Shown one piece after another: positions 16,948 to 24,114 of a stretch of DNA of 24,114 bases; positions within the stretch are counted from its first letter, which is position 1, and the number at the start of each line of letters is the position of its first letter. Location of the stretch: positions 1-24,114 of IMG/VR virus record IMGVR_UViG_3300025018_000525, one strand, 5' to 3'. Origin of the DNA: a virus. Lineage: Duplodnaviria > Caudoviricetes. Under the pieces are notes generated by a model. It was not told where the DNA came from and searched no databases. It saw nothing but the letters and a program-made list of their open reading frames with translations. Position numbers and translations under genes: made by a program.

Positions 16948-17471
16948 TGGTCGCCGTCGACGTCACAGCGACGATGACGCAGGACGGTGACCTCACCGTC
17001 GCTGACGCTGTCACGCAGACCACGCTCGCTGCGATCGAGACGCTTCTCGGTGGCACGCTCGCCGTCGACACCGACGTCACCGCCCTCGCCACCGAGGCGA
17101 AGCTAGAAGCCGTCAGGCTGCTGCTCGCCGGGACCCTGGCTGTCGATACCGGGCTGACCATTCCGACGCCACAGACGGACGCCGTGACCCGCGCCGAACT
17201 GGATGCGGCACCGGTCAGCACGAAGCACGCCACCGCCGACGGCACATGGGGCTACCACGCCGGCACATCTGGCACGCCGACCATCACGGGCCGCGTCGTC
17301 GGTATCACCGCTACGGGTGGCACCTCGGCTGCCTCGTTCACGATCAACGGCGGCGACACGATCACAGTTCCCGCCGACATGAGCATCGAGGTGACGCCGA
17401 GGGGCAACCTGTCGGCGCCAACCATCGTCTTCACCGGCACCGCCAGTTACTTCGTCGAGGTCGTCAGCTAG
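16947..17471 (+). CDS. Putative virion fibre/structural protein with internal duplication
   Basis: Thr/Ala/Gly-rich, with two copies of a helix ending LL(G/A)GTLAVDT and a small C-terminal beta domain. Confidence 0.65.
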   Translation: MVAVDVTATMTQDGDLTVADAVTQTTLAAIETLLGGTLAVDTDVTALATEAKLEAVRLLLAGTLAVDTGLTIPTPQTDAVTRAELDAAPVSTKHATADGTWGYHAGTSGTPTITGRVVGITATGGTSAASFTINGGDTITVPADMSIEVTPRGNLSAPTIVFTGTASYFVEVVS

Positions 17472-18199
17472 TGCCCGCCCGGTTCAAGGGCGGCGGCGGG
17501 GGTGGTGCCCCATCCGGTCCGGCCGGGTTCACTGATGACTTCTCCATCGAGCTAGTCGTCGCCGACTCCACGTCCACCCCGACCGACGCTGCTACATACG
17601 AGATCGCACTGGCCGAGTCGGACACCAACGCCGGCCAGACGGAGACGGTCACGCTCGGGTTCCCGGCTGGCAACTTCGGCGACGACAACATCGCCCCATC
17701 CGACGCTCAAGCCTTCACCGCTCGCGTGTGGCTGACCGGCAACGCCGGCTCTGGTGTCACCAGCCCGGCCAACGCTGACGGCCAGAACAACGGGACGGTG
17801 GCGACGCTCGCCACCGCACTGGCTGGGTCCAGCACGGAGACGATGACCTCGCCCATCGGCCCCGCGATCCCTGCTGGCATGACCTTGACCTCAGTCATCT
17901 ATCGGGGCTGGTTCACCTCGGCCAACACGCTCGTCACGTCCAAGGGTGAGTTGCGCGCTCGGTCGTCGTCGGCGCTGTTCGCCGAGGTCCTCATGTTCCG
18001 CAACCAGGATCTGAACACGACCGTTGACCACTCGTCAGGCGACTTCACCTTCGACCTGATCGCCGCAGGGATCGACACGTCAGCCAAGTTCGCCAGCTTG
18101 CAGATCATCCACGAGGCATCCGATGCCGCCGCAGGCGTCACCCCTCATTCGATGACCGTCGACGCCGGTTGCCTAGAGATCACGGGAGCGTTCACATGA
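17471..18199 (+). CDS. Putative virion structural protein (beta-rich)
   Basis: GTG overlaps the upstream TAG. Poly-Gly linker, then Thr/Ser/Ala-rich beta-sandwich-like sequence. Confidence 0.62.
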   Translation: MPARFKGGGGGGAPSGPAGFTDDFSIELVVADSTSTPTDAATYEIALAESDTNAGQTETVTLGFPAGNFGDDNIAPSDAQAFTARVWLTGNAGSGVTSPANADGQNNGTVATLATALAGSSTETMTSPIGPAIPAGMTLTSVIYRGWFTSANTLVTSKGELRARSSSALFAEVLMFRNQDLNTTVDHSSGDFTFDLIAAGIDTSAKFASLQIIHEASDAAAGVTPHSMTVDAGCLEITGAFT

Positions 18200-18678
18200 C
18201 CGACATTGCCGAGCACGACACCAACAGTGGACTGGTCGGGCACTGGGTCCTTGACGTCTACGAGGGCGACATCGTCCGAGACGCCGACGGCAACATCTTG
18301 AACGAGCAGGTCGACCGGCTCGAGGGTCACAACCTGATCACGACCGTCGGCAAGCAGATGATCATGGACCGCCTGTTCGGGCTGTCCGGGGTCGGCGCGA
18401 TGTCTCGCTGTGGTGTCGGCACTTCGGCCACGGCCGCGGCTGTCGGTAACACGACGCTCACGTCGGGCGCGTTCAAGGTGTTCGACTCCACCCCGACCCG
18501 TTCGTCACTGACGGTCACCGCCGTGACCACGTTCGGCACGGGTGACGCCAACATCAACTGGCAGGAGCTGGGCCTGGACAACGGCACCACGCTACTCAAT
18601 CGCATCGCTCCGATCGGGCCGTTCAACAAGACGAGCGCCGTGAGCATCATCGTCACCGTGACGGTCACGCAGTCCTGA
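18196..18678 (+). CDS. Tail-collar/fibre-attachment-like structural protein
   Basis: HNLITTVG...GVGTSATAA...TTL...F...AN..WQELGL...LLNR pattern, resembling tail-fibre N-terminal/baseplate-wedge-like domains. Confidence 0.65.
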   Translation: MTDIAEHDTNSGLVGHWVLDVYEGDIVRDADGNILNEQVDRLEGHNLITTVGKQMIMDRLFGLSGVGAMSRCGVGTSATAAAVGNTTLTSGAFKVFDSTPTRSSLTVTAVTTFGTGDANINWQELGLDNGTTLLNRIAPIGPFNKTSAVSIIVTVTVTQS

Positions 18679-18680
18679 CC

Positions 18681-18995
18681 GTGGGCTCGCTGATCGCCAG
18701 CTACAGCTTCGAGCTCGACGTGCCGCCGCAGGTAATCGAGGGGCCACTGACAGGCACGGTCGACGCCGACGCGCTGACTGGCGCCGTCATCGCCGACACG
18801 CTCACCGGGACGCTCGGGCCGGGCACTCCCGACTACCTGCGCGACGAGTTCGGCGAGCCGGTCCTGGACGAACTGGGCGGCTTCATCTGGGTCGCTGCCG
18901 CTGCGATCACGCTCACCGGGACCATCACGGATGCCGCGCTCACGGGGACCATCACCACGGAACTGATCGAGGGGACTACTGCATGTCAACCCTGA
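18681..18995 (+). CDS. Small structural protein with LTG(T/A) repeats
   Basis: LTG(T/A) repeats at about 9-residue spacing, interrupted by PDYLRDEFGEPVLDELGGFI. Confidence 0.6.
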   Translation: MGSLIASYSFELDVPPQVIEGPLTGTVDADALTGAVIADTLTGTLGPGTPDYLRDEFGEPVLDELGGFIWVAAAAITLTGTITDAALTGTITTELIEGTTACQP

Positions 18996-19318
18996 CGACG
19001 CTCTCCCAGGCCGACGTCGAAACCCGCATCCGCTCATGGGCGGTACGTGACGCAGCGGGTGACCTCGTGGTCGTGGACGCCATGAAGTTCTACGCCCGGC
19101 TGAACAGGTCGTCCACGCCGATCGTGTGGACCACTGACGGCGCCGGCGGGAGCATCGCCGGCGTTGTCGACAATGGCGACGGGACCGGCACATGGACGGT
19201 CACCGCGGGCAACCTCCCTCCTGCCGACTCCTACGACTGGTGGGCGCTGGCAACTGTCGGCGCCGAAGAGATCATCCCGACTGCCCTTGAGGGCACGTTC
19301 CGGATCACCGACCGATGA
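18983..19318 (+). CDS. BppU-N-like/Ig-like adaptor protein
   Basis: 111 aa all-beta pattern (Q.D....W.VRDAAG...G...TV...YDW...EGTFRI), located just before a tailspike gene. Confidence 0.55.
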   Translation: MSTLTTLSQADVETRIRSWAVRDAAGDLVVVDAMKFYARLNRSSTPIVWTTDGAGGSIAGVVDNGDGTGTWTVTAGNLPPADSYDWWALATVGAEEIIPTALEGTFRITDR

Positions 19319-19346
19319 CCGATCACTCCGACAGCAAGGGGACCTC

Positions 19347-20483
19347 ATGGGCCTGTTGAACAACTACCCGGTCCGGACGACGATCACGTCCGGTGACCGG
19401 GGCCTCGGCTCCGACGACGGCACCACCGTCCTGTTCACCCCCGACGCTTACGGCGCCTACGTGGCCGGACGGCTCGGCGTGTACAACGTGTTGGACTACG
19501 GCGCGGTCGGGGACGGGGTCACCGATGACACCGCTGCTATCCATGCGGCCATCTCGGCCGCTGGGGCGGCTGGCGGCGGCGTCGTATGGCTGGTGGGGAC
19601 GTTCCTCGTCACCGGTCTGACGGTGTCCAGCAACAACGTCCACATCCGCGGCGCCGGACGACACGCCACCACCATCAAGTCACACGCGTCCATCGGGTCG
19701 AACCCCGTCCTGACGATCGACGGCCAGTATTGCAGCGTGCGGAGCCTCACTCTGAACGGCAACAGCCTCGGGGCATCACTGCTCTACCTCAAGCGGTCCC
19801 GCTTCGTCGCTGACGATCTCTACTGCATGAACTCGGCGACCCATGGGATTCGAGTCGCCGGCACGGCAGGGAACACCGCCCACGCCGGGCAGTTCACCAA
19901 CATCTACGTCATCGCCTGCGCCGGCAATGGTGTATTCCTCGACGCCTATGCGTACGACACCGAGTTCACAAACCTGTGGGTGGGGCAATGCGGCGTCGGA
20001 GTCCGCGCCCAGGACGGGGCACTGTTCTTCGAGAACCTCCACGTGTGGGGCTGCACTGGCAACGGGGTCGAGGTGAGGGCGAATGCCAGCAGGTTCTCAA
20101 ACGTGTACCTGGAGAGCAATGGCGGCCGCGGCATTGACATCTTCAATTGCAGCAACATCTCGGTCATCGGTGGCGTTCTGTGGAAGAACGGCGGCGCCGG
20201 TGCAACGTGCAACACGGCCAACCGCAACCGGTTCGTGGGGCTTGGCGTCTACGACAACACTGGCGCCGGGATCAGCATCAACCCCGGCAACTACAACCAA
20301 ATCACGGGCTGCAACTTCTTCGACGATCAGGGCACCAAGACGCAGACCTATGGAGTCAGTCTTGGCGCCGGGTCCACATCCAACATCGTCGCCAACGCCG
20401 TCGCACGTGCAGGGGACCACCTGACGGGGAGCATCCTCGATTCGGGTACGACGTCGGTCCTGACGGGGAACGTCACCGCCTAA
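19347..20483 (+). CDS. Tailspike/depolymerase with right-handed beta-helix (pectate-lyase-3-like)
   Basis: YNVLDYGAVGDGVTDDTAAIHAAI, IRGAG...TTIK, then Asn/Gly/Cys-rich beta-helix rungs. ATG 19347 follows AAGGGG. Confidence 0.85.
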   Translation: MGLLNNYPVRTTITSGDRGLGSDDGTTVLFTPDAYGAYVAGRLGVYNVLDYGAVGDGVTDDTAAIHAAISAAGAAGGGVVWLVGTFLVTGLTVSSNNVHIRGAGRHATTIKSHASIGSNPVLTIDGQYCSVRSLTLNGNSLGASLLYLKRSRFVADDLYCMNSATHGIRVAGTAGNTAHAGQFTNIYVIACAGNGVFLDAYAYDTEFTNLWVGQCGVGVRAQDGALFFENLHVWGCTGNGVEVRANASRFSNVYLESNGGRGIDIFNCSNISVIGGVLWKNGGAGATCNTANRNRFVGLGVYDNTGAGISINPGNYNQITGCNFFDDQGTKTQTYGVSLGAGSTSNIVANAVARAGDHLTGSILDSGTTSVLTGNVTA

Positions 20484-20507
20484 CACCCACCGCAAGGGAG
20501 GCCGACC

Positions 20508-20726
20508 ATGCCCGAGTGGATGCGCCGGCCCCGCGGTGACGTCGTGGTCGCCACCATCTGCACCTACGAGCTAGCCGCGCTCCACCGCCGCAGCCCGCTC
20601 CCCACCTTCTCCCACCTCATCGAGACGAGGCGGCACGGGTGGCTGCTCGGCGTCGCCTTCCTCGGCGGCTTCGGCTGGCACTGGTGGGGGCCGACAGTCC
20701 AACAGTCCATCTACCGAAGGGGGTAG
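20508..20726 (+). CDS. Small membrane protein
   Basis: Strong RBS AAGGGAGG. TYEL...PTFS motif and a hydrophobic segment ending WHWW. Confidence 0.65.
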   Translation: MPEWMRRPRGDVVVATICTYELAALHRRSPLPTFSHLIETRRHGWLLGVAFLGGFGWHWWGPTVQQSIYRRG

Positions 20727-20728
20727 TG

Positions 20729-20965
20729 ATGGCATTCGACCTCGCCACCATCGAGGCCAAGTCGCGACCACAGGGGCCACGGTGCACCGTCGGCATCCTG
20801 CTCGACGAACTCAACGACCACGACACCAAGATTCTCACGGTGGCGATGGAGCGACCGGCCATCGCCGGCACAGCGATCGCCGAGTACCTCACCGAGCAGG
20901 GGCACCCGATGAACGCCAGCCCGATCAACCGCCACCGCAAGGGCCGGTGCTCCTGTGGCACTTGA
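20729..20965 (+). CDS. Small HTH-like protein with C/H/CxC metal-binding residues
   Basis: GPRCTV...AIAEYL..QGH....INRHRKGRCSC. Overlaps the phosphoesterase start. Confidence 0.7.
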   Translation: MAFDLATIEAKSRPQGPRCTVGILLDELNDHDTKILTVAMERPAIAGTAIAEYLTEQGHPMNASPINRHRKGRCSCGT

Positions 20966-22151
20966 GGGAATGCTCGAGAAGCTCTCAGCCGTCGCATCCA
21001 ACGTCCCCGCAGCCGGACCCCGCGAGGGGCAACCGTCGGTCGACTGGGACGGCAACGCCGGCAGCCTGACCACCGGGCCGCTCGACAAACAACCCGACTC
21101 ATGGGATGCGCTGATCTCCGATTGGGGCCTCGACCCCGCCGAGGTCCAGGTCGTCGCCGGCAGCGTCCAGATCCGAGCATGGGACGCCAACGTCGGCAAG
21201 GGTGAGATCAAGCGACTCCGCTATTACAAGGCGCAGCTCGAACGCCGATGCCCGACCGTCGACACCGAGGACATCGAAGAACTCAAGCGGGCCCTGATGC
21301 GCCGCAAGCCGTTGGCACCTGCCAACACTGGTACCACTACCGGTGGCACGCGCATCGTCCTACTCTCCGACTGGCAGCTAGGAAAAGGGGACGGGGACGG
21401 CGTCGAGGGCACCGTCAAGCGCATCGCACTGGGGCTGGACATGGCAGCGCGGCAGGCGAAGAACTGCGACCGCATCGTCCTCGCCGGGCTCGGTGACCTC
21501 GTCGAGCAATGCACCGGCCACTACTCCGGCCAAGCCTTCACCGTCCAGCTAGACCGGCGAGAACAAATACGCTTCGCCCGTCGCCTGATCCTCCGGGCCG
21601 TCGACACGTTCTCTCGCATCGCCCCTGTCGACGTCGTGTGCGTCCCCGGCAACCACGGCGAGAACCGCGAGGGCGGGAAGGCCTTCACTCGCACGAGCGA
21701 CAACGACGACTGCGCCGTCTTCGAGCAGGTCGCCGACATCGTCGCCGAGACCGACCGCTACCCGGACGTCCAGTTCGGCTTCCCTTGCGACGACTACCCC
21801 GACACCGTGACCATCCACGCCAACGGCGTTGGCGTAGCGTTCAACCACGGCACCGAGGCGGCAAAAGCCTCGGGAGGGTCCACCGAGAAGAAGCTCGAGA
21901 ACTGGATCAAGGGCCAACTCGCCGACATCGACAACCCGCTCAACGGGTGCCAGGTGTTCTGCTTCGGCCACAAGCATTACTCGATCGTCAACGAGGGGAT
22001 GGGCAACCGCCTGATCCTCCAGAGCCCGGCCAGTGATGGCGGCTCCGAGTGGTACAAGAAGCGGACGGGCGCGTGTGGCCCGCCAGGCATGATGGCCTTC
22101 ACCGTCGGCGACTTCGCCCACCGAGTATGGGGCGATCTGGCGCTGACATGA
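20955..22151 (+). CDS. Calcineurin-like (Mre11/SbcD-type fold) metallophosphoesterase
   Basis: Five motifs: SDWQLGK, GLGDLVE, PGNHG, NHG and FGHKH. Confidence 0.85.
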   Translation: MALEGMLEKLSAVASNVPAAGPREGQPSVDWDGNAGSLTTGPLDKQPDSWDALISDWGLDPAEVQVVAGSVQIRAWDANVGKGEIKRLRYYKAQLERRCPTVDTEDIEELKRALMRRKPLAPANTGTTTGGTRIVLLSDWQLGKGDGDGVEGTVKRIALGLDMAARQAKNCDRIVLAGLGDLVEQCTGHYSGQAFTVQLDRREQIRFARRLILRAVDTFSRIAPVDVVCVPGNHGENREGGKAFTRTSDNDDCAVFEQVADIVAETDRYPDVQFGFPCDDYPDTVTIHANGVGVAFNHGTEAAKASGGSTEKKLENWIKGQLADIDNPLNGCQVFCFGHKHYSIVNEGMGNRLILQSPASDGGSEWYKKRTGACGPPGMMAFTVGDFAHRVWGDLALT

Positions 22152-22294
22152 CCGATCTCGATGACTGGTTCGACCGGGCCGACGCTCTGCTCGCCGAGCT
22201 CGACGCAGACTCAGAGCAGAGAGCGCCGGCGGGCGAGGATGTTGGAGACGGTGGTGTGACTGACCCCGGCCCACTCGGCGATGTCCCGGAGTGA
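22148..22294 (+). CDS. Short acidic hypothetical ORF
   Basis: ATGA overlap with the upstream stop. The 3' part overlaps the convergent HTH gene. Confidence 0.35.
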   Translation: MTDLDDWFDRADALLAELDADSEQRAPAGEDVGDGGVTDPGPLGDVPE

Positions 22295-22405
22295 CATGCC
22301 GGACTCGTGAGCCCGGACGATCGCCTCATCCCGTGAGGCAGCCGCCTCCTCCAGTGCCGTGGTGGCGTCCTGGATGGCGACTGCCTCGTCGGTGACCTCG
22401 CTCAC
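22211..22405 (-). CDS. Helix-turn-helix DNA-binding protein
   Basis: RDEAIVRAHESGMSLRDIAEWAGVSHTTVSNIL is a clear HTH. The GTG start overlaps the upstream TGA. Confidence 0.82.
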   Translation of the reverse strand: MSEVTDEAVAIQDATTALEEAAASRDEAIVRAHESGMSLRDIAEWAGVSHTTVSNILARRRSLL

Positions 22406-22827
22406 TGCTCGCCCATCTCGATGCACCGACGTGCGGCGGCGTACAGCGTCTCGACCAGCAATTCGGCCAGCCAGTCGTCGTCGCTGGCGTCGACGTGTCC
22501 GCCGATCCACAGGTCGTACAACGTGCTGGCGTCTTCCTCGGCGAGGATGCCGTGGGCGTCGGCGACGGTCATGGCGGTGGCATCCAGCATCTCTCCGATG
22601 TCGAGCAGCCGACATTCTTCCTCGACCCAGACCTGGCGACGCTCGCAGTTGTCGTAGACCCATGTGCCAGGGACGACGACGTTGCCGTCGGCGTCGATGC
22701 TGATGATGCCGTCCTGGGCATCGTCGCTGTACTCGGCCTGCTCGGCGGTGGCGTAGCCGATCCGCTTGCCGGTCTCGGCGTCGATGAGGTCTCGGGTGGT
22801 GGTGTTGGTTTCCGTGGTGTTTGTCAT
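22402..22827 (-). CDS. Acidic hypothetical protein
   Basis: MTNTTETNTTT... with good codon bias. The ATG lies just downstream of a -10 element (probably leaderless). Confidence 0.72.
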   Translation of the reverse strand: MTNTTETNTTTRDLIDAETGKRIGYATAEQAEYSDDAQDGIISIDADGNVVVPGTWVYDNCERRQVWVEEECRLLDIGEMLDATAMTVADAHGILAEEDASTLYDLWIGGHVDASDDDWLAELLVETLYAAARRCIEMGEQ

Positions 22828-22833
22828 GTCCAC

Positions 22834-22866
22834 ATTATTGACACACCCTTGAAGGGGTGTCAATAA
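22834..22866 (-). promoter_or_regulatory. Leftward promoter embedded in a palindromic operator
   Basis: Perfect 10-bp inverted repeat TTATTGACAC (22835-22844) / GTGTCAATAA (22857-22866). The minus strand reads TTGACA-18bp-AATAAT-6bp-ATG. Confidence 0.72.
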
Positions 22867-22912
22867 CATTGCCAAAGAAATCTGTCGGCTCCCCCCTAGT
22901 CGGCCGATTGAG

Positions 22913-22951
22913 ACGCCCTCGGCCTTCGGGTCGAGGGCGTTTCGTCGTTTT
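22913..22951 (+). terminator. Rho-independent terminator ending the late operon
   Basis: Stem ACGCCCTCGGCC, TTCG loop, GGTCGAGGGCGT, followed by TTCGTCGTTTT. Confidence 0.85.
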
Positions 22952-23081
22952 CGGGGGCGGTCCGGTACCGAGGACTAGTAGCGATCAGCTAGCGGGCCAC
23001 TCCGACAGCACCGACGCCGACACCCCGAGCACGTCGATGGCGTCCACGGCGCGCCGAGCCTCCACCCGCTAATTGGCAAGA

Positions 23082-23127
23082 ACTTCTGCATTGGTACTTG
23101 ACATAGACTTATGCATTGGCACAAGAT
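23082..23127 (+). promoter_or_regulatory. Rightward early promoter with two direct-repeat operators
   Basis: TTGACA 23098-23103, 18 bp, CAAGAT. Repeats ACTTCTGCATTGGTAC (23082-23097) and ACTTATGCATTGGCAC (23107-23122) in an AT-rich island. Confidence 0.6.
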
Positions 23128-23135
23128 GACCGCCG

Positions 23136-23333
23136 ATGACCAACACCCAAGACCACCTAATCGGCGCACAAGCCGCGGCCGTCATCCTCAACGTCGACCG
23201 CTCGACCCTCACTCGAATGGTCCAGTCCGGTCGACTCGCCGAGGCGATGAAGCTCGAAGGCCGCACCGGCGCCCGACTGTTCCGCCGCTCCGACGTCGAG
23301 CTGCTTCGTGACGAGATGGCGAAGGCGTCATGA
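23136..23333 (+). CDS. Excisionase/MerR-type HTH protein (HTH_17-like)
   Basis: LIGAQAAAVILNVDRSTLTRMVQSGRL...GARLFRRSDVE. Confidence 0.85.
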   Translation: MTNTQDHLIGAQAAAVILNVDRSTLTRMVQSGRLAEAMKLEGRTGARLFRRSDVELLRDEMAKAS

Positions 23334-23625
23334 GCCTCATCGACACCACGACCGGCGAGATAGTCGCCAGCCTCGAAGCCTGCGAGCAGATCATCGAGCG
23401 GGGTCTGGAGACCTTCGTCGAGGCACGGCGCTGATGACGATCAGGGAGAACCGCTGGCACCACGATGCCGGGTACTCCAACTTCGACACCTACTGCCGCG
23501 ATCGCTGGGGCATGAGCCGGACCTACTCGACGCGACTCATTGCAGCCGCCGAGACGATGGCCGACCTCGACGAAGTGGTGCCCATGGGCACAACAGCAAG
23601 AGACCTACGGAACAGGGGAAGAGGA
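23330..23625 (+). pseudogene. Frameshifted phage protein gene (CE..IERG..TFVE / ..IR......F..YC..RWGMSR type)
   Basis: Frame 1 (23330-23434) ends TFVEARR*. The expected continuation GTALMTIRENR...NFDTYCRDRWGMSRTYSTRLIAAA is in a different frame from about 23422. Confidence 0.6.
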
Positions 23626-24114
23626 ATGAGCGAGGCGACGGAAATCTCATCACGGTCCGAGATGCTGTGGGGCTGGAAGCTGGTCGGAGTCGACCTGTCC
23701 ACCTCCAATCACAACGGTGGCCGATACCGCTACCACCTCGGCGAGTGGTGTGAGCCCGATCCCGCCGGTCGGCAGTACACCACTGCCGACTCCTGCCCCC
23801 AATTCCCTGGCGACGGATTGTGCGTCGCCCGGACGCTCTCGGGCGCCCAGTCTGGTGGTGCTCGCCTCGGATCGTCCACCATGCTCGTCGTCGGATATCT
23901 GCCGGCCGATGTGCTTGCCGAGTCTGGCGACAAGGTGCGGGTGCGACGGCTGTGGGTCCACCCGGATCCGGTAGACCCGATCGCCATCATCGCTACACCT
24001 GGGGCGGACCTCGCCGGGGCGGACCTCGCCGGGGCGAACCTCGCCAGGGTGAACCTCGCCAGGGCGAACCTCGCCAGGGCGAACCTCGCCGGGGTGAACC
24101 TCGCCGGGGTGAAC
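23626..24114 (+). CDS. Pentapeptide-repeat protein, truncated by window end
   Basis: ATG 23626 after purine-rich AGGGGAAGAGGA. N-terminal WKLV..D......RY..G...C....GLCV...KVR domain, then (G/R)(A/V)(D/N)LA repeats. The frame is open from ATG 23434. Confidence 0.8.
   Translation, partial: MSEATEISSRSEMLWGWKLVGVDLSTSNHNGGRYRYHLGEWCEPDPAGRQYTTADSCPQFPGDGLCVARTLSGAQSGGARLGSSTMLVVGYLPADVLAESGDKVRVRRLWVHPDPVDPIAIIATPGADLAGADLAGANLARVNLARANLARANLAGVNLAGVN
24001..24114 (+). repeat. 15-bp tandem repeat encoding pentapeptide repeats
   Basis: Unit (G/A)GGG(C/T)G(G/A)ACCTCGCC, seven full copies plus a partial copy at the window edge. Confidence 0.95.

Noticed and set aside
16947-20483. Diversity-generating retroelement targeting the fibre/spike genes
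   Set aside because: No reverse transcriptase and no template/variable repeat pair differing at adenines was seen in the window.
24001-24114. Tandem repeats as a possible CRISPR array or origin iterons
   Set aside because: There are no spacers, and the 15-bp unit is in frame and encodes pentapeptide repeats.

Overview
The window is a high-GC, siphovirus-type phage or prophage segment with actinobacterial-style gene sequences. Nearly all genes are on the + strand. In order: small and large terminase, portal, ClpP-type prohead protease/scaffold, capsid decoration protein, major capsid, head-tail connector and tail completion genes, major tail, a tail assembly chaperone with a hidden -1 frame extension, tape measure and minor tail genes. 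The lysis region is the most unusual part. An amidase endolysin is translationally coupled to a stand-alone CheY-like receiver domain. This is followed by a His-rich coiled-coil membrane protein, an antisense Ros/MucR-like zinc-finger gene with its own promoter overlapping the holin RBS, and then the holin. After lysis comes a second structural module ending in a beta-helix tailspike, then a metallophosphoesterase gene pair, a leftward two-gene HTH cassette with a palindromic promoter/operator, and a terminator. The window ends in the start of an early region: an excisionase-like HTH, a frameshifted gene, and a pentapeptide-repeat gene cut off by the window edge. I saw no integrase, tRNA, rRNA or CRISPR array. 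All family assignments come from motif recognition and synteny, not database searches.
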